Shown here piece by piece: positions 62,350 through 64,000 of a stretch of DNA of 64,000 bases. Position numbers and translations under genes: made by a program. The stretch is from Octopus sinensis (lineage: Eukaryota). Below the pieces are notes generated by a model. That model saw only the letters and a list, made by a program, of their open reading frames with translations, had not been told where the DNA came from and did no database searches. Location: contig NC_043013.1 in NCBI RefSeq assembly GCF_006345805.1, positions 3,844,001-3,908,000 of the forward strand. Direction: 5' to 3'. Every line of letters starts with the position of its first letter. The first letter of the stretch is position 1.

Positions 62350-63632
62350 ATATGTATATATAAGTTCCGTTAGTGATAATTTGAACTAGTTGAGAGCATG
62401 AGGGGGAGAGAAAGAGAGAGAGAGAGAGACTCACACTCCTCTTCTCATTTATGTATTACATAGAATTTCAGTCTTTGCTGGTGCCTCTTCAGCATTCTAT
62501 GTATGCATGCATTACTGACTATGCTTATGCATGCATACCATGATAGACATACCCTCACATATAAACATACATATGCAGTTGGACAGGCGCAGACACACAC
62601 AACTCACATTCCTCACTAAGATATACATTTGGACCTATCCAATCTTAACTTACATTTGAAGATCCTTAATAGCTTTCCGGCGTCGGATATATTTCTCGTT
62701 TCCATTTCAAGCGTTTCAGTAACCCTACATCTTGACATCTCAGGTCTCTGAAGTTCATCCACCTCTTCTTCGACTGTCAAATATCTGGTTCTCCCACTTC
62801 ACGTTTATTTCCGAATCTGTCAAAAATCTGTTCCCTACCACTTCATGGTCATTTCCGAATAAAATATTTCTGTTTTCCTCTTTGTTTATTTTATTTGTGT
62901 AGTATACAAACAGTGACGTACTAAAGCATGTTAGTTTCCGGAGATTTAGGTTGGATTCGCAGTTATAGCAATTTCATTTCTTACAAATTTACATGGAATG
63001 GCGTGGGCATTAAAACTGGTGGCTTCTACTATCCGATGCAAAATAATTCATCGGCCAATGATGCATACTTTTAATTGTGAAAGATTAAACCATTGGTTCA
63101 TTTAGCCTGCTGGATAAAGCAAGAATCTACAACGTGATTTCACTTTGCATTTGGACTCCGTTTAATTTGCATTTCTGAAGCAAATGGAGGAGAAATTAAG
63201 GAACCAAATCATAATTTCCTATTTATGCACAAAGTAATATATTATTTTATGAAACAAAACTTCCTCATCCAAGAAGGCGAGGCAATGGTGTAGTTGGAAG
63301 GAAATGGGTTGAAAGAACCACGCCCCCATGCAGGGCTAATTCGTGCAGAGGCAAACTTTAACTCGATCAAAATAAGCAAAGAAACAGTACGAGGGTTCAG
63401 CACACCGAACGGTGGAGTTGAAAAGAATCTTATTGGAGAGCAGCTGGTACTTTGTTAGCATGCTGTTCTGAAACTATCGGACGATGTCTGACACCGATGG
63501 CACCAAGATGCAGCATCACTGCGATTCTCGTTTTAGATGAGAGTCTTGCCGCTTTGGAACGGGAAGATTGTAAGGTCGACAGGCCTCTTGACATTATCGC
63601 TGCCGAACCTATACATCATATATATATATATA

Positions 63633-63691
<59 letters not shown>

Positions 63692-63751
63692 TATATATAT
63701 ATTATATGTATATATGCCGAACCTATATATATATATATATACATACATACA

Positions 63752-63813
<62 letters not shown>

Positions 63814-63960
63814 ACATACATACATACACACACACACATATATATATATATATTATATATATATATATATAATATATACAGGCATACATATATATATGTA
63901 TGTGTGAGTGTATGTATGAATATATATATGTATATGTGTACATATATACATATATATATA

Positions 63961-64000
63961 TTTCTTTATTGCCCACAAGGGGCTAAACACAGAAGGGACA
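63961..64000 (-). mobile_element. 3' tail of a SINE C (Tx1-like tail subfamily), cut by the window edge
   Basis: Same tail as 17183 and 45115. Confidence 0.7.

Noticed and set aside
63452-63907. 151-aa ORF as hh exon 1 or another gene
   Set aside because: Wrong strand for hh, no CGPGR or YNPDIIF motif on either strand, and two thirds of it is microsatellite.

Overview
AT-rich, microsatellite-dense eukaryotic DNA, most likely from an octopus or other coleoid cephalopod (inferred from the SINE families and a mollusc-type Hedgehog peptide). The only host coding sequence I can support is the 262-bp middle exon (exon 2) of hedgehog on the minus strand (52290-52551). It has canonical splice sites and the conserved phase 0/phase 1 boundaries. 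Exons 1 and 3 are not visible, so the rest of the window is probably hh intron (>52 kb and >11 kb). The introns hold a 5'-truncated Tx1-clade LINE sitting in (ATCT)n, a full-length dead DD34D mariner, and a complete but RT-less Gypsy LTR element (LTRs, PBS, PPT, 4-bp TSD). They also hold many RLE-type (R4/Dong/HERO-like) LINE fragments tied to (AAT)n, RTE fragments, MITEs, and at least four tRNA-derived SINE families. The most notable layer is RNA structure: several distinct minimal type I hammerhead ribozyme motifs of Penelope/retrozyme type. These include two U3-A8 covariant cores inside long foldbacks, a ~335-bp tandem/inverted monomer array, and a canonical core in a 1.15-kb tandem duplication. 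One SINE subfamily shares its 3' tail with the Tx1 LINE (31/40 nt ungapped). All coordinates were read by eye; no ribozyme activity, database identity or expression was tested. No prokaryotic features or CRISPR arrays are present.
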